Positions 10,849 to 19,440 of a DNA stretch of 64,000 nucleotides are shown in pieces. The notes beneath the pieces are model-generated. The model was given only the letters and a program-made list of their open reading frames with translations, did not search any database and was not told the origin of the DNA. The position numbers were made by a program, and so were the translations under genes. Each line of letters begins with the position of its first letter. Within the stretch, counting starts at the first letter, position 1. The DNA is from Candidatus Omnitrophota bacterium. GTDB lineage: Bacteria > Omnitrophota > Gorgyraeia > Gygaellales > Profunditerraquicolaceae. The DNA is taken from contig JAQUQW010000001.1 of assembly GCA_028716245.1 (NCBI GenBank), forward strand, positions 549,925-613,924. Direction: 5' to 3'.

Positions 10849-11630
10849 CTGGAAATTTTTAAGCCTTCTTTATTGATCAGGATATTTTTCAAAGGCTTTC
10901 CGCGCCTGCCCAGATTAGGAAAACGCTGGTCATTAACCTGCAACTCTACTGCTCCGGCATCCCCTAACGACAATTCAATTTTTTCTTTAGCGCGCCAGGT
11001 TTCGCTCCTGCCACGCGTAAGTACTCCGTGGAAAATAGTTTTACCGTCGGCTTTAGCGGATACCCAGGATTTATTGCGGGCAAATATCCCCACCGTAAGC
11101 CCCTGAACCAGATCTTTGGAAACCTTGTTCTGCAGGGTGGCGGATTTTGGCACAGAAGTAACCATAAGAACTTTGGCTCTTTCTAAAGGGCTCTTTTTGC
11201 GCGAAAAAATAAACTTGATCAAATTAACTCCTAAAAATATAAAAATCAACGCCAGTACCGCCAATACAGCTATTTTCTTAAGGTTAACCGAAAGGTTCAT
11301 GGTATTTAATTTCATTGAAGCATCTTTAATAAAAGAAGTCGTATTTTCAATACGCCCTCCTAGCGGCCTGCCGACAGTGGCATTCAATACCGGCTTAGTC
11401 GGCGGCTGGCTGCTTGAACCGATATATTCTTTGGGATCAAGACCGAGCGAACCGCAATAAATTTTAATAAAACCTTTTAAATAAATCGGGCTTAAATTCG
11501 AGATACTGTCGCCTTCGATTGCGCGCAAGACGTTAAGATGGATTTTAGTCTTCTTCTGTATGTCTTCAAGGGATAAGCCTTTTTCCTGACGGATCTTTTT
11601 TAGCCGGGCTCCGGCTGTTTCGATATTCAT
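10845..11630 (-). CDS. rodZ: RodZ-like cytoskeleton protein (N-terminal XRE HTH, TM segment, C-terminal DUF4115-like)
   Basis: ARLKKIRQEKGLSLEDIQKKTKI HTH, then a hydrophobic segment, 261 aa. Confidence 0.6.
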   Translation of the reverse strand: MNIETAGARLKKIRQEKGLSLEDIQKKTKIHLNVLRAIEGDSISNLSPIYLKGFIKIYCGSLGLDPKEYIGSSSQPPTKPVLNATVGRPLGGRIENTTSFIKDASMKLNTMNLSVNLKKIAVLAVLALIFIFLGVNLIKFIFSRKKSPLERAKVLMVTSVPKSATLQNKVSKDLVQGLTVGIFARNKSWVSAKADGKTIFHGVLTRGRSETWRAKEKIELSLGDAGAVELQVNDQRFPNLGRRGKPLKNILINKEGLKISR

Positions 11631-11662
11631 GGTTTTTCTACCTCCTTGGCCACAAGGCCATA

Positions 11663-11735
11663 CCCGCGTAACTCCTTATAAACGCGGGGTATTGCCCACA
11701 AGGGCACACCCGCGCAATTCCTTATTCGCGCGGGG
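11663..11735 (-). repeat. two GC-stem hairpins whose loops contain TAAGGAG/TAAGGAA, in the ftsK-rodZ intergenic region
   Basis: cccgcg/cgcggg (11663-11688) and cccgcgc/gcgcggg (11709-11735). The second hairpin straddles the ftsK stop codon. Confidence 0.5.
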
Positions 11736-13902
11736 TGTTACCGGCGGTCAAATCTCTAAGCCAGGCTTCCCGGTCAACTAAAATCCTGCGTGGCTTACTG
11801 CCTTCAAACTGGCCGACCAAACCCTCCATCTCCATAGTATCGATAATCCGCGCGGCGCGCGTGTACCCTAAACGCATACGCCTCTGCAATATAGAAACCG
11901 AGGCCTGGTTACTTTCCATTATAACACGCACCGCTTCGTCGTAAAGCTCATCTTTTTCCCCGCCGCCGGATGAACTGCTTTTCTGCTGATCCTTAAGAAT
12001 CTGATCATCATAAACCGGCTCTCCTTGGGCCTTAATAAAATCGACAACCCTTTCAATCTCTGAATCTTTAACCAGGGCCCCTTGAATACGGATTAAATCT
12101 TCTTTTCCGGGCTGTAAAAATAACATATCCCCTTTACCTAACAAAGTTTCCGCCCCATTCATATCCAGAACTGTGCGCGAATCCACTTTAGAAGCTACCT
12201 TAAAAGATACGCGGGCCGGTAAATTCGCTTTGATGACCCCGGTAATCACGTCAACACTCGGACGCTGCGTAGCAAGAATTAAATGTATGCCTACTGCGCG
12301 GGAAAGCTGGGCCAGGCGGGTGATGGCGTTCTCAATCTGGTCGCGCGCCACGCTCATTAAATCCGCGAACTCATCCACGACTACGATAATATAAGGAATC
12401 TTTTCCTGCTTCTGGTTATAAGCTTCAATGTTCCTTGCCCCGGCTTTAGACAAAAGCACATAGCGTGACTCCATCTCAGAGACCACCCAATTAAGCGCGA
12501 CCGCCGCTTTTTTGGCATCGGTAACCACCGGGCATAAAAGGTGCGGCAGGCCGTTAAAAGGCATCAGCTCGACCATCTTCGGGTCAATCATTAAAAATTT
12601 TAAATCATTGGGAGATTCCTTAAAAAGTAAAGATAAAATACAGGTATTCACGCATACGGTTTTACCTGACCCGGTAGTTCCGGCAATCAAAAGATGCGGC
12701 ATATCATCTAAATCGCCAAATATCGGTTTACCGGTAATATCTTTGCCCAATGCCAAGGTCAAAGCTGATCTTTGTTTATGGAAGTCCGCGCAGGTAATTA
12801 AATCTTTGATGCAGACTAAAGCGCTGTGCAAATTAGGCACCTCAACCCCCACCCTGCCCTTGCCCGGAATCGGAGCAATAATCCTGATCGACTGGGCTTT
12901 AATCGCCAAGGCAATATCATCGCTTAATGCTTCAATGCGGTTAATCTTTACTCCCGGAGCCGGCTCAAGTTCATAGCGGGTAATTACCGGGCCGCGGATA
13001 ATGTCGGTAACTTTTGCCGAAATTCCAAAATCTTCTAGGGTATCCTCTAATGTCCGGGCGCAAGCCTCAAGGTCCTCTTTAATTTGCTTGGTATCCGGGG
13101 CAGGCGGCTCATCCAATAAATCTACAGAAGGCAAATGATAATCACCGATTTTTAAGTCACTTGCCTTTGGCTTAACCTTTTCGTCTTGCGGCCGGGCCTT
13201 AATCTGAATATTTAATTTTGACTCACTACGGGGTTCAGGTATAAATATTTTTGGCTTTGATGAAACCTGCTGCTCTTCTTTCTTAGAAAAAAGATTGGTT
13301 TTATTCTGGGGCTTGATCTTAACCAAAGCAGCTTTTCGCGTATTCGAAAAAGCGAATAACCCGGAAAAAATAGATTTTAATTTTTCAACTGCGTTGAGAA
13401 ACAAGGAAGAGATGAGGATCTCAGTGACTAAAGCCAGAGAAAGTATAACAAAGGTAATGAAAATAATAAACCCGCCTAAGCGGCTAAAATAAGTAGTGAC
13501 AAAATTAGCGGTAAGGGTGCCAAAGAACCCGGCGGTTTGAAATCTAAAAGAATCGTTACTTAAATTAAACATCCCGATGAGCGAGCTTATCGAAACCAGC
13601 AATACAAACATTCCTAAGATGCGCGGGATGCTTAAATAAGGCTTGTCCTGGCGGAAATATTTTACGCCAAGGGCGATCACTAAAAACGGAATAATGAAAC
13701 TGGAGATATTGCCAAAAAGCAAGACGATGATACCGGCTAAATACGCGCCGAAGACTCCCAGAAGGTTTTTAGGGGGGAAATTTGGATGCGAAGTGTAAAA
13801 GACAAGGTCAAGGCGGTCGAAGCGGATAAGGCTGGCTAAAACCATCAGCCCTACTGCTACTAGAATGACGCCTTTAACCTCATTTATTCTTCTTTCTCTC
13901 AC
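11722..13902 (-). CDS. ftsK: DNA translocase FtsK/SpoIIIE
   Basis: 726 aa with N-terminal TM helices and a Walker A motif GTTGSGKT in an FtsK ATPase domain. The C-terminal gamma domain is present. Confidence 0.9.
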   Translation of the reverse strand: MRERRINEVKGVILVAVGLMVLASLIRFDRLDLVFYTSHPNFPPKNLLGVFGAYLAGIIVLLFGNISSFIIPFLVIALGVKYFRQDKPYLSIPRILGMFVLLVSISSLIGMFNLSNDSFRFQTAGFFGTLTANFVTTYFSRLGGFIIFITFVILSLALVTEILISSLFLNAVEKLKSIFSGLFAFSNTRKAALVKIKPQNKTNLFSKKEEQQVSSKPKIFIPEPRSESKLNIQIKARPQDEKVKPKASDLKIGDYHLPSVDLLDEPPAPDTKQIKEDLEACARTLEDTLEDFGISAKVTDIIRGPVITRYELEPAPGVKINRIEALSDDIALAIKAQSIRIIAPIPGKGRVGVEVPNLHSALVCIKDLITCADFHKQRSALTLALGKDITGKPIFGDLDDMPHLLIAGTTGSGKTVCVNTCILSLLFKESPNDLKFLMIDPKMVELMPFNGLPHLLCPVVTDAKKAAVALNWVVSEMESRYVLLSKAGARNIEAYNQKQEKIPYIIVVVDEFADLMSVARDQIENAITRLAQLSRAVGIHLILATQRPSVDVITGVIKANLPARVSFKVASKVDSRTVLDMNGAETLLGKGDMLFLQPGKEDLIRIQGALVKDSEIERVVDFIKAQGEPVYDDQILKDQQKSSSSGGGEKDELYDEAVRVIMESNQASVSILQRRMRLGYTRAARIIDTMEMEGLVGQFEGSKPRRILVDREAWLRDLTAGNTPRE

Positions 13903-13910
13903 TTCAAAAT

Positions 13911-16001
13911 TTAACTGCTTGGTTGCTCGGTTTCCGCTTGTTTTTTGCTTAAGTTAATTCTGCCTAACTCATCGATACCGATAACCTTAACTTTAAATTC
14001 ATCGCCGACCTTAACCACATCATCGATTTTCTTGACGAATGTAGCGGATAATTCGGAAACATGCACCAGCCCCTCTTTACGCGGGGCGATCTCGACAAAG
14101 GCGCCAAATTGCATAATCCTCTTTACCTTGCCAAAATAAATCTTGCCTACCTCAACGTCATTGGTAATTGCTTTGATCATTTTAATCGCCGCGTCGGATT
14201 TGGCCGCGTCGATTGAACCGACTAAAACCGTACCGTCATCTTTAATATCGATACTGGCTCCGGTTGCCGCGATTATTGCCTTAATTGTCTTGCCTCCCGG
14301 GCCGATCAGTTCTCCGATTTTCTCAGTATTAATTTTTAAAACATCGATGCGCGGGGCAAAGCTGGAAAGCTCTTCCCTGGGAGCGGTTAATGCCGCACCC
14401 ATCTTATCCAGAATAAATAACCTTCCTTCTTTGGATTGCGCCAGGCATTCCTTAAGCAAATCTAGAGATATCCCGTCAATTTTAAGATCCAGCTGCACCG
14501 CGGTAACTCCGGAGCGCGTTCCGGCAACTTTAAAATCCATATCTCCGAAATGATCCTCAAGTCCGGCGATATCGGTTAAAATTATCGCTTTATTGCCTTC
14601 TTTAACCAACCCTAAAGCAACCCCGCCCACAGCTTCTTTAATCGGAACACCGGCATCCATTAATGATAAGGTCGCAGCGCACACCGAAGCCATGGAACTG
14701 GAGCCATTAGATTCTAAAATTTCAGAAACTACTCTGATAGTATAAGGGAATTTTTCTTTTGAAGGCATTACCGCCAGTAATGCTTTCTCGGCTAGAGCGC
14801 CGTGGCCGATTTCACGCCTGCCAGGGCTGCGCACCGGCCTGGTTTCTCCCACGCTAAAAGAAGGAAAATTATAATGCAACATAAAAGATTTCTTCCTCTC
14901 TCCGTCTAAGGCCTCAATCAGCTGCTCATCTTCACCGGTGCCTAATGTGGTTACAGCCAAACTCTGAGTTTGTCCGCGGGTAAACAGGCTTGAGCCATGG
15001 GTGCGCGGAAGAATCGAAACTTCACAAGAAATCGGGCGGATCTCTTTAAAAGACCTGCCGTCAATACGGACATTCTCTTCAGTAATCGTTTTGCGCACCT
15101 GCCGCTTCTCTACTTCCTCCAGGCCCTTACGGATATCCAGACTTAAAAATCCTTCGCTGATCAATTGCAATTCCAGCTCTTTAGCCAGTAAAGCTACTTT
15201 TTCCTCGCGCTCTTCCTTCTTGCTTAGCTTATAAACATCGGCTAATTTATTCTGAGAAAGCGATTCAATCTTCTGCATTAAAGCAGGATCAATTAATTTA
15301 AGTTCAACTTTAGCTTTAGTCTGTCCATAAAGGCGGGTGAATTCTTCCTGCATATTTAAGATGGGCTTTAAACTGTCCATCCCGAATTTTACCGCCTCAA
15401 GATATGCTTCTTCGGAAACTTCTTTAGCTTTTGATTCAAGCATCACTACGCCGGTACTATTAGCAGCCACGACTACTTCTAAATCCGCGCTCTCAATTTC
15501 AGCGTAGGTAGGGTTTAAAACCAATTCATTGTTGATCCGGGCAACCCGGCAGCTGGCTAAAGGGCCTTTAAAAGGAATATCCGAAATGGACAAAGCCGCG
15601 CTTGCTCCGATTAACGCCAAAACATTCGGATCATTCTCTCCGTCGCTTGAAAGGACAATCGCCATCACCTGGACTTCATTTAAAAATCCTTCGGGGAATA
15701 ACGGGCGTATGGGCCGGTCGATTAAACGGGAACCTAAAATCTCATTTTCCGAAGGCCTGCCCTCGCGCTTAAAAAATCCCCCGGGGATCCTTCCGGCGGC
15801 GTAAGTTTTCTCCTGATACTCAACGGTCAAAGGGAAAAAATCCTGGCCTTCCCGGATTTCACCAGACATGCAGGCGGTAACCAGGATCACGGTTGCCCCG
15901 TAGGTAACGGTGACCGAACCATTAGCTTGCTTAGCAATTTTACCCGTTTCTAAAATAAGATCGTTTTTGCCAAATTTAATTTTTAAACTTTTACTTTGCA
16001 T
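13911..16001 (-). CDS. pnp: polyribonucleotide nucleotidyltransferase (PNPase)
   Basis: 696 aa with two RNase PH domains plus KH and S1 domains. Confidence 0.95.
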   Translation of the reverse strand: MQSKSLKIKFGKNDLILETGKIAKQANGSVTVTYGATVILVTACMSGEIREGQDFFPLTVEYQEKTYAAGRIPGGFFKREGRPSENEILGSRLIDRPIRPLFPEGFLNEVQVMAIVLSSDGENDPNVLALIGASAALSISDIPFKGPLASCRVARINNELVLNPTYAEIESADLEVVVAANSTGVVMLESKAKEVSEEAYLEAVKFGMDSLKPILNMQEEFTRLYGQTKAKVELKLIDPALMQKIESLSQNKLADVYKLSKKEEREEKVALLAKELELQLISEGFLSLDIRKGLEEVEKRQVRKTITEENVRIDGRSFKEIRPISCEVSILPRTHGSSLFTRGQTQSLAVTTLGTGEDEQLIEALDGERKKSFMLHYNFPSFSVGETRPVRSPGRREIGHGALAEKALLAVMPSKEKFPYTIRVVSEILESNGSSSMASVCAATLSLMDAGVPIKEAVGGVALGLVKEGNKAIILTDIAGLEDHFGDMDFKVAGTRSGVTAVQLDLKIDGISLDLLKECLAQSKEGRLFILDKMGAALTAPREELSSFAPRIDVLKINTEKIGELIGPGGKTIKAIIAATGASIDIKDDGTVLVGSIDAAKSDAAIKMIKAITNDVEVGKIYFGKVKRIMQFGAFVEIAPRKEGLVHVSELSATFVKKIDDVVKVGDEFKVKVIGIDELGRINLSKKQAETEQPSS

Positions 16002-16039
16002 AATCTAGCTCTTTCTTTTTTTGGATTTAATTACGGGAC

Positions 16040-16309
16040 TTACTTTCTAAGCTTAAGTTTTCCCAGGATCTCTTCGTACTTCTTCATATCCTTGTCCTTG
16101 AGGTACTTGAGGAGTCTGCGGCGCCTGCTTACCAATAGAAGAAGGCCGCGGCGAGAATGGAGATCATTCTTATGTGTTTTAAAGTGCTCCCCTAAATCAT
16201 TGATTCTCTCGGTTAAGATAGCTATCTGGACTTCGGCAGAGCCGGTGTCCCTGGAATGCACCTTAAAGTCATTGATCAATTTTTCTTTTTGTTCCTTTAC
16301 CAAAACCAA
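16040..16309 (-). CDS. rpsO: 30S ribosomal protein S15
   Basis: ...[35 protein letters not shown]... I inferred a TTG start preceded by GGAGG; the track ORF start is further upstream. Confidence 0.85.
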   Translation of the reverse strand: MVLVKEQKEKLINDFKVHSRDTGSAEVQIAILTERINDLGEHFKTHKNDLHSRRGLLLLVSRRRRLLKYLKDKDMKKYEEILGKLKLRK

Positions 16310-16340
16310 ATTTCTACCTCCTTGTGTACGGACACACACC

Positions 16341-16361
16341 GGCGCAATTCCAATTAGCGCC
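16341..16361 (-). promoter_or_regulatory. rpsO 5-prime-UTR hairpin (GGCGC UAAUUGGAAUU GCGCC), downstream of a TTGACT-17-TATAAT promoter at 16381-16409
   Basis: Minus-strand promoter: TTGACT (revcomp of 16404-16409), 17-nt spacer, TATAAT (revcomp of 16381-16386). The hairpin sits in the roughly 65-nt leader. Confidence 0.55.
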
Positions 16362-16450
16362 GCGTGCCACTTTTTTAAAGATTATACGATAACTAACCCG
16401 ACAAGTCAACAAATTAATGCGTGATTTAATATTTTATCATAAAAACATGT

Positions 16451-16867
16451 TTATGCAACCTCAATTTCACGGATTTTTCTGCGCGTGGACTTTTTTTCCG
16501 AATGCCGGCGCTTGTTCTCCAGGATTTTTATTTTCAGGCCCTTTGGCTTTTTGCGGTTGCCTCGCATGATTTGGGCCTTCAGCGACTGCTTCTGTAAACT
16601 ATCCTGCCGCATCCTCTGGGCAATCTTGCTTAAAAGGATGTGCCTGGCCAGAGAACGATTTAATAACTGCGAACGCTGGCGCTGGCATTTTACTTCTAAT
16701 CCCGTAGGTAAATGTTTCAAATACACGCAAGTAGATGTCTTATTGACGTTCTGTCCGCCGGGGCCGCTGGAACGGATAAATTTTTCGACAATGTCATCTT
16801 CACGCACGCCCAGTTGCGCCATTCTTTCTTCCAGGCTCATTGTCTTACTTGCTTCAGGCAGCATCAA
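16451..16867 (-). CDS. arfB: alternative ribosome-rescue factor ArfB (peptidyl-tRNA hydrolase, GGQ family)
   Basis: GPGGQNVNKT GGQ motif and a basic C-terminal tail, 138 aa. Confidence 0.8.
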   Translation of the reverse strand: MMLPEASKTMSLEERMAQLGVREDDIVEKFIRSSGPGGQNVNKTSTCVYLKHLPTGLEVKCQRQRSQLLNRSLARHILLSKIAQRMRQDSLQKQSLKAQIMRGNRKKPKGLKIKILENKRRHSEKKSTRRKIREIEVA

Positions 16868-16869
16868 AA

Positions 16870-17526
16870 TTACTCCTTGATCTCTAAATCAATATTCTTG
16901 ATTAACGCATCCAGGTCTCTAATCAACGGTGAGGGAAGCAGCTTTAACACCTGGACTTCCTGCTTAAGCAGGCGTAATTGGCCAAGCAGCCTGCTTACTG
17001 CCGTGCGCTTTCTTTTTTCCTGCGCCTCAACCGGGTCAAGCTCCTGCCTCTGCCGGATAATCACTCCTAAATTTTTCTTGATCTCCCGCGCGTCGCGGCC
17101 CTTCTCGAAAATCTCTTTCTTTAAATTACTGTAATCTTCTTCATCCAAACCTTTCTTATTTTTCGCCTGGCGCAGGATATCAACTGACTCATAACTGGGG
17201 ATATTGGCGGGCTTGGCTGAATCGGCGTAATCGGTTTTTAAATACTGCGGCTCCTCTTTTTCCAAAAAATAATACGACTTCAGCAGCTTCATCGCGGTTT
17301 GTTTGCGGATCCCGATTTCACGGCTGACATAAATATCAAAATTAACATACCCCCACTCTTTATACATCTTGTCTTTGTAGACCGAATATAAAGAACGGCC
17401 CAGCTCAATCCAGGAGCATTTGAAATTCTTGGCGCTCTCTAAGATATGGTAACGCAGGGAATTAACATCTAAGTTCTCCATTTTGGCTTCGATATTCCGG
17501 AGTGATTTTGATTTAGCCTCTTCCAT
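16870..17526 (-). CDS. hypothetical protein, possible HTH-containing
   Basis: 218-aa ORF with no recognisable family. The segment FDIYVSREIGIRKQTAMKLL looks HTH-like. Confidence 0.4.
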   Translation of the reverse strand: MEEAKSKSLRNIEAKMENLDVNSLRYHILESAKNFKCSWIELGRSLYSVYKDKMYKEWGYVNFDIYVSREIGIRKQTAMKLLKSYYFLEKEEPQYLKTDYADSAKPANIPSYESVDILRQAKNKKGLDEEDYSNLKKEIFEKGRDAREIKKNLGVIIRQRQELDPVEAQEKRKRTAVSRLLGQLRLLKQEVQVLKLLPSPLIRDLDALIKNIDLEIKE

Positions 17527-17540
17527 TTATCCTGATTCCT

Positions 17541-18605
17541 TTATTTTCCAAAAATGCTTTTTAGTTCCTTGCCTAAATCTTTATACTTATTGATGGCGTT
17601 GGTTACTTTATCCACCAACTGCTCCGGGGACTGCCTGGACAAGTTTTTCGCTGCTGCTTTTAAAATTATTTTTCTGATCTTTTCCTGGCTTAAGGCCGGA
17701 TTATCCAGCGTGGTATCGATCTTAAACTCCAATTTTAAATTGCCGTCAGCATCAGTGAAAAAGTCCAAAGCGTCTTGCACCAAATTCAGCTCCGGCAGCT
17801 GCTGCTCTTCAGTTTTTTCATAAACCATCTTGGAAAGATTAAAATTCGTAATAATTTCTAAAGCATTGTTTTTAGCCTTAAAGGCGGAGTTTAGGTCAAG
17901 CATGGCTTGAGCCAGCTTTTTGCTGGATATGAAATTACCGTAGTAAGGAGAAAGATTAACAACATCCAAATCCTTAACCTCTAATTTGGCATCCATACCT
18001 TTGGCCAGATAATCCAGCCAGCCGCCAAATACAATATTACCAAAAGCCTTGCCCTGGCTATTAACCAGTTCGGCGCTTATTTTAAAATTTGTCGCCAGCG
18101 AAGTAACCGGCAAAGCGACTTTAGCCACTTTGACATTTAATTTATCTACGACTACCTGAAAACCTTCGGGAATAACTTTTCTGTCCGTAAAAATTACTTT
18201 TCCGTTCTGCACTCTTAAGCTGGTTAGATAAACCGCCGGAGGCTTCCCTTTCTGCTCTAGAACCGGTAGATTCAATTTTCCATCCGCTGACTGCACAAGA
18301 TTAATCACCGGCTCAACAACATTTAAACCGTGGATAACTATCTTACCGAATAATAGCCCGATTAGATTGGGCGATAACGCTACCTTTTTAATACTGGCAA
18401 AATCACCAATCTCTAATCCCTCAAGGGTAATGGTAAATGGCGGGCTTAAACTTATTTTTCTCAGGCTGGTTTTAACTTTTAAATTCTGCTCAATCTGCTG
18501 CTCGACAATCCGCGGCGCATAAACTGCGGTCAAAATACTGGCCACCAGAAAAATTACCAATAAAACCGCAAAAACCCAAATTATAACTTTAAATTTTGTT
18601 TTCAT
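17541..18605 (-). CDS. AsmA-like membrane-anchored protein
   Basis: N-terminal TM helix and a long beta-rich periplasmic region. I took the start as MKTKFKVIIWVF at 18605. The family assignment is weak. Confidence 0.4.
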   Translation of the reverse strand: MKTKFKVIIWVFAVLLVIFLVASILTAVYAPRIVEQQIEQNLKVKTSLRKISLSPPFTITLEGLEIGDFASIKKVALSPNLIGLLFGKIVIHGLNVVEPVINLVQSADGKLNLPVLEQKGKPPAVYLTSLRVQNGKVIFTDRKVIPEGFQVVVDKLNVKVAKVALPVTSLATNFKISAELVNSQGKAFGNIVFGGWLDYLAKGMDAKLEVKDLDVVNLSPYYGNFISSKKLAQAMLDLNSAFKAKNNALEIITNFNLSKMVYEKTEEQQLPELNLVQDALDFFTDADGNLKLEFKIDTTLDNPALSQEKIRKIILKAAAKNLSRQSPEQLVDKVTNAINKYKDLGKELKSIFGK

Positions 18606-18620
18606 CGCACTACCTAGTGC

Positions 18621-18650
18621 GCGCCGACGCAATACCAATTAGCGTCGGGC
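18621..18650 (-). repeat. GC-stem hairpin with a UAAUUGGUAUU loop, between the plsC stop and the asmA-like start
   Basis: cgccgacgc aataccaatta gcgtcgggcg. It has the same loop consensus as the rpsO leader hairpin but a different stem. Confidence 0.5.
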
Positions 18651-18651
18651 G

Positions 18652-19374
18652 TCATTCCTCCAGCGCTTCCTGGATCTTAAAGCGGACAGTATCTCTAAGC
18701 GAAGCAAAATCTCCGGGGCCAAACCCGTCTGTTGCAATCTCAGGTAAAACAGTAACTACGCCTGTTACTTTAGTATTAAAAATCCAACTGCCCTTAGGGA
18801 TTGCTTCCTGCGTCCCCTTGATGCAAACCGGAAGAATCGGCTTTCTTTCCTTAATTGCCAGCTTAAACGCCCCGTTCTGAAATTCACCCATCCGATCATT
18901 GGTGCTGCGGGTGCCTTCCGGAAAAAATAAAACCGACATATCTTTTTGCAGCCAGGCGCTTGCCTGATGATAAATCTCTTTGATACTGGCAAAGTCACCG
19001 CGGGTAAGCCTGATGTGTTTAATCAAGCTTAGGCACCAGCCGATAAAAGGAACATTGAATAAACTTGCTTTAGCCACCCATTTAAATTGCGCCTTGAGCT
19101 GGTAGAGCACCGCGATATCCGCCATACTCTGATGGTTAGCAATGATTACGTAGGTTTTTTTAGGGTCGATATTCTCCAGGCCTTTGACTTTTACGCTCCA
19201 AAAAGGATTTAAGCCGATTACCGCATCCGACCACCAGAAACACTGCGCGTGAGTTATCTTCTTATTTTTATCAAACGGGAAAAGCAGAATGGTTAGAACT
19301 AAGACCACAAAAAACAGCAGAATGGTTATTAGAATACTGCCAATCCAGATCCAAATCGAAATAATCGTCTTCAT
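18652..19374 (-). CDS. plsC: 1-acyl-sn-glycerol-3-phosphate acyltransferase
   Basis: NHQSMADI (HxxxxD) acyltransferase motif and an N-terminal TM helix. Confidence 0.8.
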   Translation of the reverse strand: MKTIISIWIWIGSILITILLFFVVLVLTILLFPFDKNKKITHAQCFWWSDAVIGLNPFWSVKVKGLENIDPKKTYVIIANHQSMADIAVLYQLKAQFKWVAKASLFNVPFIGWCLSLIKHIRLTRGDFASIKEIYHQASAWLQKDMSVLFFPEGTRSTNDRMGEFQNGAFKLAIKERKPILPVCIKGTQEAIPKGSWIFNTKVTGVVTVLPEIATDGFGPGDFASLRDTVRFKIQEALEE

Positions 19375-19440
19375 TCTCTTACTTTTACTCTAATTCTTAC
19401 CTTTAACTTTAACCCAAATACCGGCGATTGTCAACCTCTA

